40,159 nt of DNA from Anaerolineae bacterium (GCA_027021705.1 JALUTT010000081.1:1-40159), one strand, 5' to 3'. Shown: positions 27,740 to 36,969, numbered from the stretch's first letter. Program-made: numbers and translations. The notes: generated by a model not told the origin, from the letters alone.

Positions 27740-28948
27740 CTAGCCGGTGGGGACGGCCTCCCGCACCAGGGCGATGCGCTCGGCGACGAAGGCTTCCAGG
27801 CCGTTGGCCGCCTTAGAGAACTGCTCGATGGTGTAGAGGGTCGCCGGATGCGTGTTGAACTGCTCCAGGGCCATCCCGTTGGGATCGTAGGCCTGGATGG
27901 CGTAGGGGATGCGCATCAGCTTGTCCATTACCTCCTCGGGCACCTCCTCCTCGATCTGGGGCCGGAAGTGGAGGCCGTCGCCGATGGCGAAGAGGGGCTC
28001 CAGGACGTAGGGTGGGAAGGTGAAGACGATCTCCCCGCCGGCCAGCTTCTCGATGTCCCAGAAGCGAGGCTTCCCCGCCACCACCGGGCCGTGGCGCAGC
28101 GAGCAGGCCAGCAGCTTGCTGACCGCGCCCCGGTCCTGGAGGATGCGGTAGGCCCGCCGGAAGACGGCGATGCCGAACCAGTGCTTGTCCTGCCAGGTGA
28201 GCTCGATCCCCCGCCGTCGGGCCTGCTCCACCAGCGCCTTGCGCTCGGTCAGCCGACCGATCATCATCGTGATGACGGAGCGCCAGCGGGTGAGGTCCAC
28301 GCCCTTCTCCTGGGCCTGGGCCACCCCCCGCTCGACCGCCTGGGAGGCGGCCAGGATCTGGGGCAGGGTGAAGCAGGTGGTCACGTTGGTGGAGATGCCC
28401 CGCGAGGTCAGGACCTCCAGCACTTCGATGCCCTCCTGGCTGGCCGGCACTTTGATCATCACGTTGGGCTGCAAGGCGGACAGCTCCTCGGCCTGCTGGA
28501 TCATAATCTCCTTCTCGGTGAAGAGCCGGGGGTCGAGCTGGCCGGAGATCCAGCCGTACCGACCGTTGGAGGCCTCGAACATAGGCAGGAACATCTCCGC
28601 CCCCCGCTTCACCACCTCCTTGTAGGTGGCCCAGAAGACCGCCTTCTGGTCCAGGTCGGGATGGGCGCGGATGAAGTCGTCCACCCACCGGCTCCAGAAC
28701 TCGGGGTCGGCCTGCACCGCCTTCAGGGAGAGGGGCGGGTTGGTCGTGCAGCCTCGGAAGACGCTCCGGGCCGGGTCCTCGACGACGAAGAGCCGGCGGA
28801 GCTGCTCCTCCAGCACCGGTCGCCGCTCCGGGGAAGCCGCATCCAACATCTTCTGGGTCCACTGCTCATAGACCAGCGGCGACGAGTCCCACCAGACTTC
28901 CATATCGGGGTTTGTCTTCAGCAGCCGTTCGACGGGGCTCTCGATCAT
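27740..28948 (-). CDS. Transaldolase/fructose-6-phosphate aldolase family protein (divergent)
   Basis: 'WWDS', 'GCTTNPPL', the Schiff-base Lys in 'NVMIKVPA', 'NVT', 'IGRL' and 'CSLR'. AGGAGG RBS. Confidence 0.85.
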   Translation of the reverse strand: MIESPVERLLKTNPDMEVWWDSSPLVYEQWTQKMLDAASPERRPVLEEQLRRLFVVEDPARSVFRGCTTNPPLSLKAVQADPEFWSRWVDDFIRAHPDLDQKAVFWATYKEVVKRGAEMFLPMFEASNGRYGWISGQLDPRLFTEKEIMIQQAEELSALQPNVMIKVPASQEGIEVLEVLTSRGISTNVTTCFTLPQILAASQAVERGVAQAQEKGVDLTRWRSVITMMIGRLTERKALVEQARRRGIELTWQDKHWFGIAVFRRAYRILQDRGAVSKLLACSLRHGPVVAGKPRFWDIEKLAGGEIVFTFPPYVLEPLFAIGDGLHFRPQIEEEVPEEVMDKLMRIPYAIQAYDPNGMALEQFNTHPATLYTIEQFSKAANGLEAFVAERIALVREAVPTG

Positions 28949-28969
28949 TGGGGTCCTCCTGTGGTTGCG

Positions 28970-29012
28970 TAGTGCGTGTAACGTGTAACGGGATGTGTGT
29001 AACGTGTTCTGC
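28970..29012. repeat. Degenerate heptamer tandem repeat (TGTAACG-like)
   Basis: gtgcgtgtaacgtgtaacgggatgtgtgtaacgtgt lies between the oxidoreductase and transaldolase genes. Confidence 0.55.
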
Positions 29013-29015
29013 GTC

Positions 29016-31454
29016 TCAAGCGCGGATGCGCTCACCTTGGGGGTCCCAGAGGGGCTCGCGCACCACGACGGCGTCAATCCGCTCGCCCAAAATCTCCACG
29101 TCCAGCCGGGTTCCCACGGCGGCGTGCTCGACGGGCAGGTAGCCGTAGGCGATGCTCTTACCCACCGTGTAGCCGTAGCCGCCGGAGGTCACCCAGCCGA
29201 TGACCTGGTCGCTGCCCCGAAGGCGGATGGGCTCCTTGCCGATCACCACCGCCGTGGGGTCGGCCAGGGTCAGGCAACACAGCTTTCGGCGTATCCCCTC
29301 GGCCTTCTGCCGCACCAGCGCCTCCCGACCGATGAACTCCCCCTTGTCCAGCCGGACGGCGAAGCCCAGGCCCGCCTCGAAGGGGGTATCGTCGGGGGTG
29401 ACGTCGGCGCTCCAGTAGCGGTAGCCCTTCTCCAGCCGGAGGGAGTCGAGGGCCCGGTAGCCGGCCGGCACCATCCCCTCCGGCTCCCCCGCCTCCCACA
29501 GCGTGTCCCACAGCCCTTGGCCGTACTCCATCGGGCAGTAGAGCTCCCAGCCCAACTCCCCCACGTAAGTGACCCGCAGGGCCAGGACCGGCACGTAGCC
29601 GACGGTGATCCACCGGGCCGTCATGTAAGGGAAGCCCTCGTTGGAGAGGTCGTCCCGGCTGACCCGCTGCAGGATCACCCGAGCCCGAGGCCCCCAGAGC
29701 CCCAAGCAGGCATAGACGGAGGTAACGTCCTCGACCAGGACCGAGCCATCCTCGGGCATGTGCAGCCGCAGCCAGGAGAGGTCGTGCTGGCCGAAAGCGG
29801 TGCCGGTGATGAGCAGGAAGCGGTCGTCCGCCAGCCGTGTCACCGTGAGGTCGCACTCTATGCCGCCCCGGCGGTTGAGCATCTGGGTGTAGACAACGCT
29901 GCCGATGGGCCGGTCCACGTTGTTGGCACACAGCCGTTGCAGGAAGGCGAGGGCACCGGGGCCCCGCACCTCGATCTTGCTGAAGGAGGTCTCGTCGAAG
30001 AGGCCGGCCCGCTGGCGAGTGGCTTGGTGCTCCACGCCGATGGCCGGTGACCAGTGGCGGCGGACCCAGCCCCGGGGCTCGTAGCCGTGGTCGGCCACCT
30101 CCTCGTGGGGGGCGTACCAGTTGGGGCGCTCCCAGCCGGCCTTCTCGCCGAAGACGGCCCCCAGGGCCTTCTGCCGGTGGTAGGCCGGGGAGAGGCGCAA
30201 CCCTCGGGCCGACGTGCGCTCCTCGTAGGGGTAATGGATGTCGTAGTGGCGGGAGGCGGACTCCAGGGTCCGGGCCAGGATATAGTCCCGGCTGGCGTAG
30301 TTCGGCCCGAAACGGCGCACGTCCAGTCGCCAGACGTTCCACTCCGGCTCCCCCTCGACGATCCACTCGGCCATCACCTTGCCGATGCCGCCGGCGCCGG
30401 CCAGCCCGTGGGCGCAGAAGGCGGCGGCGACCCAGAACCCCTTGACCGGCGTGGGGCCCAGCAGGAACTCACCGTCCGGCGTGAACCCCTCCGGCCCGTT
30501 GAGCAGCTTGATGATCTGGGCCGTCTCCAGCACCGGCACGCGCCGGATGGCGTTCTCCATCAGGGGGGCGAAGCGGTCCCAGTCGGGGGGCAGCAAGCGG
30601 TAGTGGAAGTCGGGCGGGATGCCGTCCACCCCCCATGGGGCGGGATCGCGCTCGTAGCCGCCGACGATCAGCCCTCCCACCTCCTCGCGGAAGTAGACCA
30701 GCAGGTCTGGGTCGCGCATGCTGGGGAGGTCCCGGTGGACCCCTTCGATGGGGCGGGTGATCAGGTACTGGTGGGCCAGGGGGATGACGGGGAGGCTCAG
30801 GCCGACCATCCGGGCGATCTCGTCGGCCCACTGTCCGGCGGCGTTCACCACCACCTCGGTCTCGATGGTCCCCCGGTTCGTCACGACCTGGTGGACCCGT
30901 CCCTTTTTGAGGCGGATCGCCTGCACGCTGGTCTGGGTGTAGAAGCGAGCGCCCTGGGCCTTGGCACCGGCGGCTAGGGCCATCGTCAGGCCGCTGGGGT
31001 CCACCCGCCCGTCGGTGGGCAGGTAGACGGCGCCCAGCACGCCGTCGAGGCTCATCAGGGGGAAGAGCTCCTGGGCTTCGCGGGGGCCGATCAGCTCGAG
31101 GGGCATCCCGAAGGAGCGGGCCAGGCCGACCAGCCGTTTCAGCTCCTCCATTCGCTCCGGTGACGAGGCCAGCCGCAGGCTGCCGGTCTGATACCAGCCG
31201 GGGTCGTGGCCGGTCTCGTCCTTGAGCCGTCGGTAGAGGTCGGTGCTGTAGGCCATCATCCGGGTGAGGTTGACGTCGGAGCGGAGCTGCCCGACCAGGC
31301 CGGCTGAGTGCCAGGTCGAGCCGCTGGTCAGTTCGTGGCGTTCGACGACGACGACGTCGGTCCACCCCATCCGGGTGAGATGGTAGGCGATGCTGCACCC
31401 GCCGACGCCGCCACCGACGATGACGACTTGCGCGTGGGAGGGGAAGTCGGTCAT
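29016..31454 (-). CDS. GcvT-family FAD-dependent oxidoreductase (dimethylglycine/sarcosine dehydrogenase-like)
   Basis: Rossmann 'VIVGGGVGG', the covalent-FAD His motif 'SGSTWHSAG', 'FTPDG', 'GWERPNW', GcvT 'RVTYVGELGWEL' and 'LDSLRLEKGY'. Confidence 0.92.
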   Translation of the reverse strand: MTDFPSHAQVVIVGGGVGGCSIAYHLTRMGWTDVVVVERHELTSGSTWHSAGLVGQLRSDVNLTRMMAYSTDLYRRLKDETGHDPGWYQTGSLRLASSPERMEELKRLVGLARSFGMPLELIGPREAQELFPLMSLDGVLGAVYLPTDGRVDPSGLTMALAAGAKAQGARFYTQTSVQAIRLKKGRVHQVVTNRGTIETEVVVNAAGQWADEIARMVGLSLPVIPLAHQYLITRPIEGVHRDLPSMRDPDLLVYFREEVGGLIVGGYERDPAPWGVDGIPPDFHYRLLPPDWDRFAPLMENAIRRVPVLETAQIIKLLNGPEGFTPDGEFLLGPTPVKGFWVAAAFCAHGLAGAGGIGKVMAEWIVEGEPEWNVWRLDVRRFGPNYASRDYILARTLESASRHYDIHYPYEERTSARGLRLSPAYHRQKALGAVFGEKAGWERPNWYAPHEEVADHGYEPRGWVRRHWSPAIGVEHQATRQRAGLFDETSFSKIEVRGPGALAFLQRLCANNVDRPIGSVVYTQMLNRRGGIECDLTVTRLADDRFLLITGTAFGQHDLSWLRLHMPEDGSVLVEDVTSVYACLGLWGPRARVILQRVSRDDLSNEGFPYMTARWITVGYVPVLALRVTYVGELGWELYCPMEYGQGLWDTLWEAGEPEGMVPAGYRALDSLRLEKGYRYWSADVTPDDTPFEAGLGFAVRLDKGEFIGREALVRQKAEGIRRKLCCLTLADPTAVVIGKEPIRLRGSDQVIGWVTSGGYGYTVGKSIAYGYLPVEHAAVGTRLDVEILGERIDAVVVREPLWDPQGERIRA

Positions 31455-31494
31455 CAAGTCACCTCGTTTTCTGCTGGGGCTCACGCCGGAGTCC

Positions 31495-31546
31495 ATTATA
31501 CATCAGCCGGTTCAAACTTGCAAATTTGTCCAAAAACTGCTATAAT
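31495..31546. promoter_or_regulatory. Bidirectional sigma70 promoter sharing one palindromic -35
   Basis: ATTATA (31495-500), 17 bp, TTGCAA (31518-23), 17 bp, TATAAT (31541-46). Confidence 0.75.
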
Positions 31547-31591
31547 AGAAAAGAAATCACTCAATCTCGATCATTTATCCCGGTGCTAAGG

Positions 31592-32410
31592 ATGAGCAAA
31601 TCCCTCATTCCTGCTCAGCGGCGTGAGCGAATACGGGAGTACTTGCAGGTCCACCGTGTGGCCCGCAACGCCGACCTGAGCCAGATGCTGGGGGTCTCGG
31701 AAGCCACCATCCGTCGGGACCTAGAGTGGCTGGAGGGTCAGGGATTTGTAGAGCGCACCCACGGGGGGGCCATTCTCAGCCAACGGATGCGCTTTGAACC
31801 GGCCTACGCTCAGCGAGCCTGTGTCCATCCTGAGGAGAAGCGGTGGATTGGTGCCGCTGCGGCTGCCCTGATCGAAGATGGGGACATCGTCTTCCTCAGC
31901 AGCGGTACGACGACGACCCAGATGATCCCCTACATCCGTCCAGGGGCAGACATCACGGTCGTCACCAACAACGTGAGCGTCGTGTTGGAGGCTCGCGACC
32001 CTGGCTTTGAACTGATCTTGCTGGGGGGAACGTTCCGCCCTCAGTCCAACTCCGTCGTCGGTCGCTTCGCCACCGCCGCCCTGCGGCAGATCTACGCCAG
32101 CAAGTGCTTCATCGGCGTGGACGGTATCAGCCCCAAGTATGGTTGCACGGTTCCCACCGGTGTTGAGGCCGAGATCATCCGCCTGATGATCGAGCGCACG
32201 CGGGGGATGGTCATCGTGCTTGCCGATCATAGCAAGTGGGGGGTAGTCTCCAATTTTGAGGTCGCTTCCCTCGATCAAGTGCACAAACTGGTCACCGACA
32301 AGAAGTTGAACCCCAACGCCTTCACTGAGTTGGCGGCCCGCTCCGTCGAGGTTGTTATCGCTGGCGACGACCAGGAATCAGGAGGTTCCGGCCAGCCTGA
32401 CAGAGCGTAG
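31592..32410 (+). CDS. DeoR/GlpR-family transcriptional regulator
   Basis: HTH 'LSQMLGVSEATIRRDL', 'RTHGGA', 'EKRWIG', 'SGTTT' and 'LADHSKW'. Confidence 0.95.
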   Translation: MSKSLIPAQRRERIREYLQVHRVARNADLSQMLGVSEATIRRDLEWLEGQGFVERTHGGAILSQRMRFEPAYAQRACVHPEEKRWIGAAAAALIEDGDIVFLSSGTTTTQMIPYIRPGADITVVTNNVSVVLEARDPGFELILLGGTFRPQSNSVVGRFATAALRQIYASKCFIGVDGISPKYGCTVPTGVEAEIIRLMIERTRGMVIVLADHSKWGVVSNFEVASLDQVHKLVTDKKLNPNAFTELAARSVEVVIAGDDQESGGSGQPDRA

Positions 32411-32433
32411 GGTTGATCCGCGTTGAACCCTGG

Positions 32434-32462
32434 TTGACACCCCTAATTTCGCATGTTATAAT
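32434..32462 (+). promoter_or_regulatory. Consensus sigma70 promoter of the ABC transporter operon
   Basis: TTGACA, 17 bp, then TATAAT with an extended -10 TG. Confidence 0.85.
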
Positions 32463-32740
32463 CAGATAACCCAAGGAGATTGCTCCCCCCACCTCTGAGG
32501 CTCTAGGCAGATCAGAGGGGAGAAGGGCACAGACCCCTCATGTCCATACCCCCGACGTCCCACGATACCCCCTATAGGAGCCTGTACGCGAGTCGGATGG
32601 GCCAACCTTGCGTTCCCGGCAAGGTTGTGGATTTAGACCGCCGTTGTGTCTAAATCGTGGTCGTATGGGCTAGCCTCGCGGCCCCCGTCAGCGAGGTCGG
32701 AGCGCCGCTCCGAGTCTGCACACCGAGAGGAGGTCTAACG

Positions 32741-33784
32741 ATGTCGTCCTTTCGAGCCCACCGCCGTCTCGCCGTAGTGATCGCCCTCACGTTGATCCTG
32801 GCCATCGTGCTCGGGGCATGCGGGGGGGCAAAGAAGAAGACCAAGGTCGTCATCTATACAGCAAAGGAGAACGAGGAGATCGCCGAGTACATCCCGGTGG
32901 CGGAGAAGGCGCTGCCGGACCTCGATCTGGAGGTCCTGCGTCTCTCCACAGGCGACCTCACCGCCCGGCTGTTGGCCGAGAAGGACAACCCGCAGGCCGA
33001 CGTGATCTGGGGCGTTGCGGCGACCAGCATGCTGATCTTCGAGAAAGAGGGGATGCTGGAGCCCTACGCGCCGAAAGGGGTGGAGAAGATCCTCCCGCAG
33101 TTCAAGTCGCCGAAGGACCCTCCCACCTGGGTCGGCGTGGATGCCTATCTGACCGCCTTCTGCGTCAACAAGGAGGTCGCCAAGAAGAACAACCTGCCCA
33201 CGCCTACTTCGTGGAAGGACCTGCTCGATCCTGTCTACAAGGGGCATATCGTGATGCCCAATCCGGCCTCCTCAGGCACCGGCTTTATGTTCGTCTCCAG
33301 CGTGCTGCAGGGCCTGGGTGAGGAGGAAGGGTGGAACTACCTGGACAAGCTGGATGACAACATCGCCATCTACACCAAGTCGGGCTCCAAGCCGTGCAAG
33401 CTGGCGGCCGCCGGCGAGTACGGCATCGGCATCTCCTTCGCTTTCGTCGCTGCCCGTCTCATCAAGGACGGCGCCCCGCTGGAGATGGTCTTGCCGGCCG
33501 AAGGTTCCGGCTACGAGGTGGAGGCCAATGCCCTGGTCAAGGGCACCGATGTGCCTGAGGCGGCCAAGCGCTTCCTGGACTGGGCCATCAGTGACGAGGC
33601 GATGGCTCTGTACGCCAAGTACTTCGCCGTCGTCGCCAAGCCCGGCTTCCCCGTGCCGGAAGGTATGCCGCCGGACACCCCTGATCGGCTCTTCCCGATG
33701 GACTTCAAGTGGTCGTCCGACAACCGGGATGCGATCCTGAAGCAGTGGACCGAGCGGTTCGCTGCCAAGACCGAGAAAGACTAA
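32741..33784 (+). CDS. ABC transporter substrate-binding lipoprotein, putative 2-aminoethylphosphonate/Fe(III)-type family
   Basis: Lipobox LGAC, 'IYTA', 'STGDLTARLLAEKDNPQADVIWG', 'MPNPASSGTG' and 'YTKSGSKPCK'. These resemble the putative 2-AEP ABC substrate-binding family (PhnS2/AepS-like). Confidence 0.85.
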   Translation: MSSFRAHRRLAVVIALTLILAIVLGACGGAKKKTKVVIYTAKENEEIAEYIPVAEKALPDLDLEVLRLSTGDLTARLLAEKDNPQADVIWGVAATSMLIFEKEGMLEPYAPKGVEKILPQFKSPKDPPTWVGVDAYLTAFCVNKEVAKKNNLPTPTSWKDLLDPVYKGHIVMPNPASSGTGFMFVSSVLQGLGEEEGWNYLDKLDDNIAIYTKSGSKPCKLAAAGEYGIGISFAFVAARLIKDGAPLEMVLPAEGSGYEVEANALVKGTDVPEAAKRFLDWAISDEAMALYAKYFAVVAKPGFPVPEGMPPDTPDRLFPMDFKWSSDNRDAILKQWTERFAAKTEKD

Positions 33785-33923
33785 CCCTTGCGTGGATCAT
33801 CCCAAGGAGGGTGGAGGGCCTGCCCCGAAGGCCCATCCCCCTCCCGCCGGGGCCGGTCTCTCAGAGCCCCTTGGCCGGGATGGTCGGGTGCCAGGAGGCC
33901 GGCCCCCTAGCAGGAAATCCAAG

Positions 33924-35051
33924 ATGGAACGCTCCAAAGGAACCTCTCCTGAACCCTATCTCCGTATCATCGGTGTGACCAAGACCTTCGGCAACCTGGT
34001 GGCTGTGGACGATTTCTCGCTGGACGTGATGGAGGGGGAGTTCATCTGCCTCCTGGGTCCCAGCGGGTGCGGGAAGACGACGCTGCTGCGGATCATCGCC
34101 GGGCTGGAGGAGCCCAACACCGGGAAAATCTACCAGGCCGGTCGGGAAATCACCCATCTTCCCCCTCGGGAACGGGACTTCGGCATCGTCTTTCAGTCCT
34201 ACGCCCTCTTCCCCAACCTGACGGCTGCCCAGAATATCGCCTACGGGTTGCAGAGCCGCAAGCTTCCCAAGGAGCAGATCGCCAAGCGGGTGGCGGAGTT
34301 GCTGGAGATGGTGGGCCTGCCCGACGTGGGGCACAAGTACCCTTCCCAGCTCTCGGGCGGGCAGCAGCAACGGATCGCCCTGGCCCGCGCCTTGGCCACT
34401 TCGCCGGGCCTGTTGCTGCTGGATGAGCCGCTGTCGGCCTTGGACGCCCGCGTGCGGGTCTCCCTCCGTCTGGAGATCAAGCGGTTGCAGCGCCGGGTAG
34501 GGGTGACCACCATCTTCGTCACCCACGATCAGGAAGAGGCCCTGGTGATGGCCGACCGCATCGTGGTGATGCGGGCCGGTCGGATTGAGCAGGTAGGCAC
34601 GCCGGAGGAGATCTACCGCCATCCGGCCACCCCCTTCGTGGCCGACTTCGTCGGCGTGATGAACTTCCTGCCCGGATACGCCGGGCCGACGCCCAATCGG
34701 GTGCGGTGTGGCTCCCTGGAGTTCCAGTGTGCCAACCCCCACGACCTGGCTCCGGACACGCCGGTGATGCTAACCATCCGGCCCGAGGACATCCGGCTGG
34801 GCGTTGACGACCTCTCTGCCCCCAACACCACCACCACCCGAGTCGAAGAGATCGAGTTCTTGGGCTCCTTCTACCGCCTGATGCTCCGGCTGGACGCTCT
34901 GGGTGACACAACCCGCCTGGTGGCCGAGGTCTCCAGTAACCGGATGCGAGACCTAAAGATCGAATATAAGAGCACCCTCTCGATTCACCTGCCGCCCTCA
35001 CTGCTCCACGTCTATCCCGCTGAGATGAGCGGGATAGAGGCCAGAGCGTGA
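33924..35051 (+). CDS. ABC transporter ATP-binding subunit (putative 2-AEP type, TOBE domain)
   Basis: Walker A GPSGCGKT, 'FQSYALFPNL', LSGGQQQR, LLLDEP and VTHDQ. Confidence 0.93.
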   Translation: MERSKGTSPEPYLRIIGVTKTFGNLVAVDDFSLDVMEGEFICLLGPSGCGKTTLLRIIAGLEEPNTGKIYQAGREITHLPPRERDFGIVFQSYALFPNLTAAQNIAYGLQSRKLPKEQIAKRVAELLEMVGLPDVGHKYPSQLSGGQQQRIALARALATSPGLLLLDEPLSALDARVRVSLRLEIKRLQRRVGVTTIFVTHDQEEALVMADRIVVMRAGRIEQVGTPEEIYRHPATPFVADFVGVMNFLPGYAGPTPNRVRCGSLEFQCANPHDLAPDTPVMLTIRPEDIRLGVDDLSAPNTTTTRVEEIEFLGSFYRLMLRLDALGDTTRLVAEVSSNRMRDLKIEYKSTLSIHLPPSLLHVYPAEMSGIEARA

Positions 35052-35139
35052 GGTCTTGGAGATCGGGTGAAGCCCTATCCCCCGTCGCCTGGACGGCGTC
35101 CTAGGGCGCTGGCCGGCGGTGGGAAGGAAGGTCGATCCT

Positions 35140-36897
35140 ATGACGACTCCAGCCATCAGCCCTACTATCCCCAGGCCGGTCGTGGACCGGCGCATCCGTC
35201 GGCAGCGGGTCCGCCAGCGATTGGGCAGGGATGAGATCCTGCGCCGTGCCCTTTTCGTCCTGATGGGAGTGTGGCTCTACCTCTTCTTGATCTACCCCCT
35301 GTTCCGGCTGCTGATCCGCAGCCTGCAGAACAAGGAGGGAGCCTTCGTCGGCCTGGCCAACTACGCGGCCTACTTCTCCTCGGCGACCACCTCGGCCTCC
35401 CTTCGCCACAGCCTCAACATTTCCATCCTCAGTATGGTGATCACGGTCTCGCTGGCCTTCATATACGCCTACGGCCTGACCCGGATGACGTTGCCGGGGA
35501 AGCGGTTTTTCCGCATTGTGGCGATGCTCCCCATCTTCGTCCCCTCGCTGGTCCAGGCCCTGGCTTTCATCTACATGTTTGGCAACAATGGCCTCTTCAC
35601 CCGCATCTTTGGCCTGAACATCGGGTTGTACGGTCCGGTGGGCATCGTGATGTCGGAGGTCTTTTACGCCTTCCCCCACGCCTTGATCATCCTGATGACG
35701 GCCCTGGCCCTGGCCGATGCCCGCCTTTATGAAGCGGCGGAGTCGCTGGGAGCCTCGGGCCTGCGCATCTTCTTCACCGTCACCCTGCCGGCCATCAAGT
35801 ACGGCCTGATGAGCGCTGCCTTTGTTGTCTTCACACTGGCCATCACCGACTTCGGTGCTCCCAAGGTGGTGGGGGGCAACTACGACGTGCTGGCCACGGA
35901 CATCTACAACAAGGTGATCGGACAGCAAAACTTCGAGATGGGGGCCACCATCAGCACGCTGCTTCTGGTGCCGGCGATGATCGCTTTCATCCTGGACCGG
36001 CTGGTCCAGCGACGGCAGGTGGCCCAGATCACAGCCGAGGTCAAGCCCCTCGCCCCCAGGAAGTACCACCCCTTGGTCCAAGGGACGGTCCTCACTTTCT
36101 GTATCCTGATCGTCATCTTCATCCTCAGCATCTACGGGATCGTGATCGTGGGAGCCTTCACCAAGTATTGGCCCTACGACCTCTCCCTGACGCTGAAGAA
36201 CTTCAAGACCTTCTACGTGGCCGGCGCTCAACACAAGAGCGGTGCCCTCCACGTCTTGGGGAACAGCATCCAGATGGCGACGGGCACGGCCATCTTCGGG
36301 ACCGCGATCGTCTTCATCAGCGCCTACCTGATCGAGAAGGGCCGGGGGCTGCGGTGGGTCCGTTCCGTCCTCTACCTGCTCTCCATTATGCCCCTCTCCA
36401 TTCCGGGGATGGTGCTGGGCCTGGCCTACGTCTTCACCTTCAACGATCCCTCCAGCCCGCTCAACAGGCTGTATGGGACGATGGCCATCCTGGTCATCTC
36501 CACCATCTTCCATTACTACACCGTCCCCTTCCTCACGGCGACGACGGCCTTGAAGCAGTTGGATCCCGAGTTCGAGGCCATCGGGGAGTCGCTGAACGTG
36601 CCCTTCTACCGCACCTTCTGGCGGGTCACGGTGCCGATGACGCTGCCGGCCATCATCTCCATCGCGATGTACTTCTTCCTCAACGCGATGGTCACCCTCT
36701 CGGCCATCGTCTTCCTCTTCGTCCCCGGCAGGGAGCTGGCCTCGCTGGCGGTGATGCTGCTGGATGATGCGGGGGAGAGTGCCCAGGCGATGGCGATGTC
36801 CCTGCTGATCCTGGTGACGGGGCTGGCAGCCCGAGGGTTCTTCTATCTGCTGACCCGAGGGGTCGAGCGCCGCACACAGGCCTGGACTCAGGGCTAA
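35140..36897 (+). CDS. ABC transporter fused double permease (putative 2-AEP type)
   Basis: Two EAA-type loops ('LYEAAESLGA', 'EFEAIGESLNV') and 'TDFGAPKVVGGNYDVLATDIY'. Confidence 0.92.
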   Translation: MTTPAISPTIPRPVVDRRIRRQRVRQRLGRDEILRRALFVLMGVWLYLFLIYPLFRLLIRSLQNKEGAFVGLANYAAYFSSATTSASLRHSLNISILSMVITVSLAFIYAYGLTRMTLPGKRFFRIVAMLPIFVPSLVQALAFIYMFGNNGLFTRIFGLNIGLYGPVGIVMSEVFYAFPHALIILMTALALADARLYEAAESLGASGLRIFFTVTLPAIKYGLMSAAFVVFTLAITDFGAPKVVGGNYDVLATDIYNKVIGQQNFEMGATISTLLLVPAMIAFILDRLVQRRQVAQITAEVKPLAPRKYHPLVQGTVLTFCILIVIFILSIYGIVIVGAFTKYWPYDLSLTLKNFKTFYVAGAQHKSGALHVLGNSIQMATGTAIFGTAIVFISAYLIEKGRGLRWVRSVLYLLSIMPLSIPGMVLGLAYVFTFNDPSSPLNRLYGTMAILVISTIFHYYTVPFLTATTALKQLDPEFEAIGESLNVPFYRTFWRVTVPMTLPAIISIAMYFFLNAMVTLSAIVFLFVPGRELASLAVMLLDDAGESAQAMAMSLLILVTGLAARGFFYLLTRGVERRTQAWTQG

Positions 36898-36940
36898 AAT
36901 CCCCTCAGAGCTTTTCAAAGAAGATTTCTTCCCTTGCCCC

Positions 36941-36969
36941 TTGACATCCAAAACGTTTTGGAATATAAT
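36941..36969 (+). promoter_or_regulatory. Consensus sigma70 promoter of the LacI/sugar ABC operon
   Basis: TTGACA (36941-46), 17 bp, TATAAT (36964-69). Confidence 0.88.

Noticed and set aside
32463..32740. Known riboswitch (TPP, SAM, glycine, cobalamin) in the ABC leader
   Set aside because: I could not find the diagnostic conserved motifs by eye. It is kept only as an unclassified structured leader.
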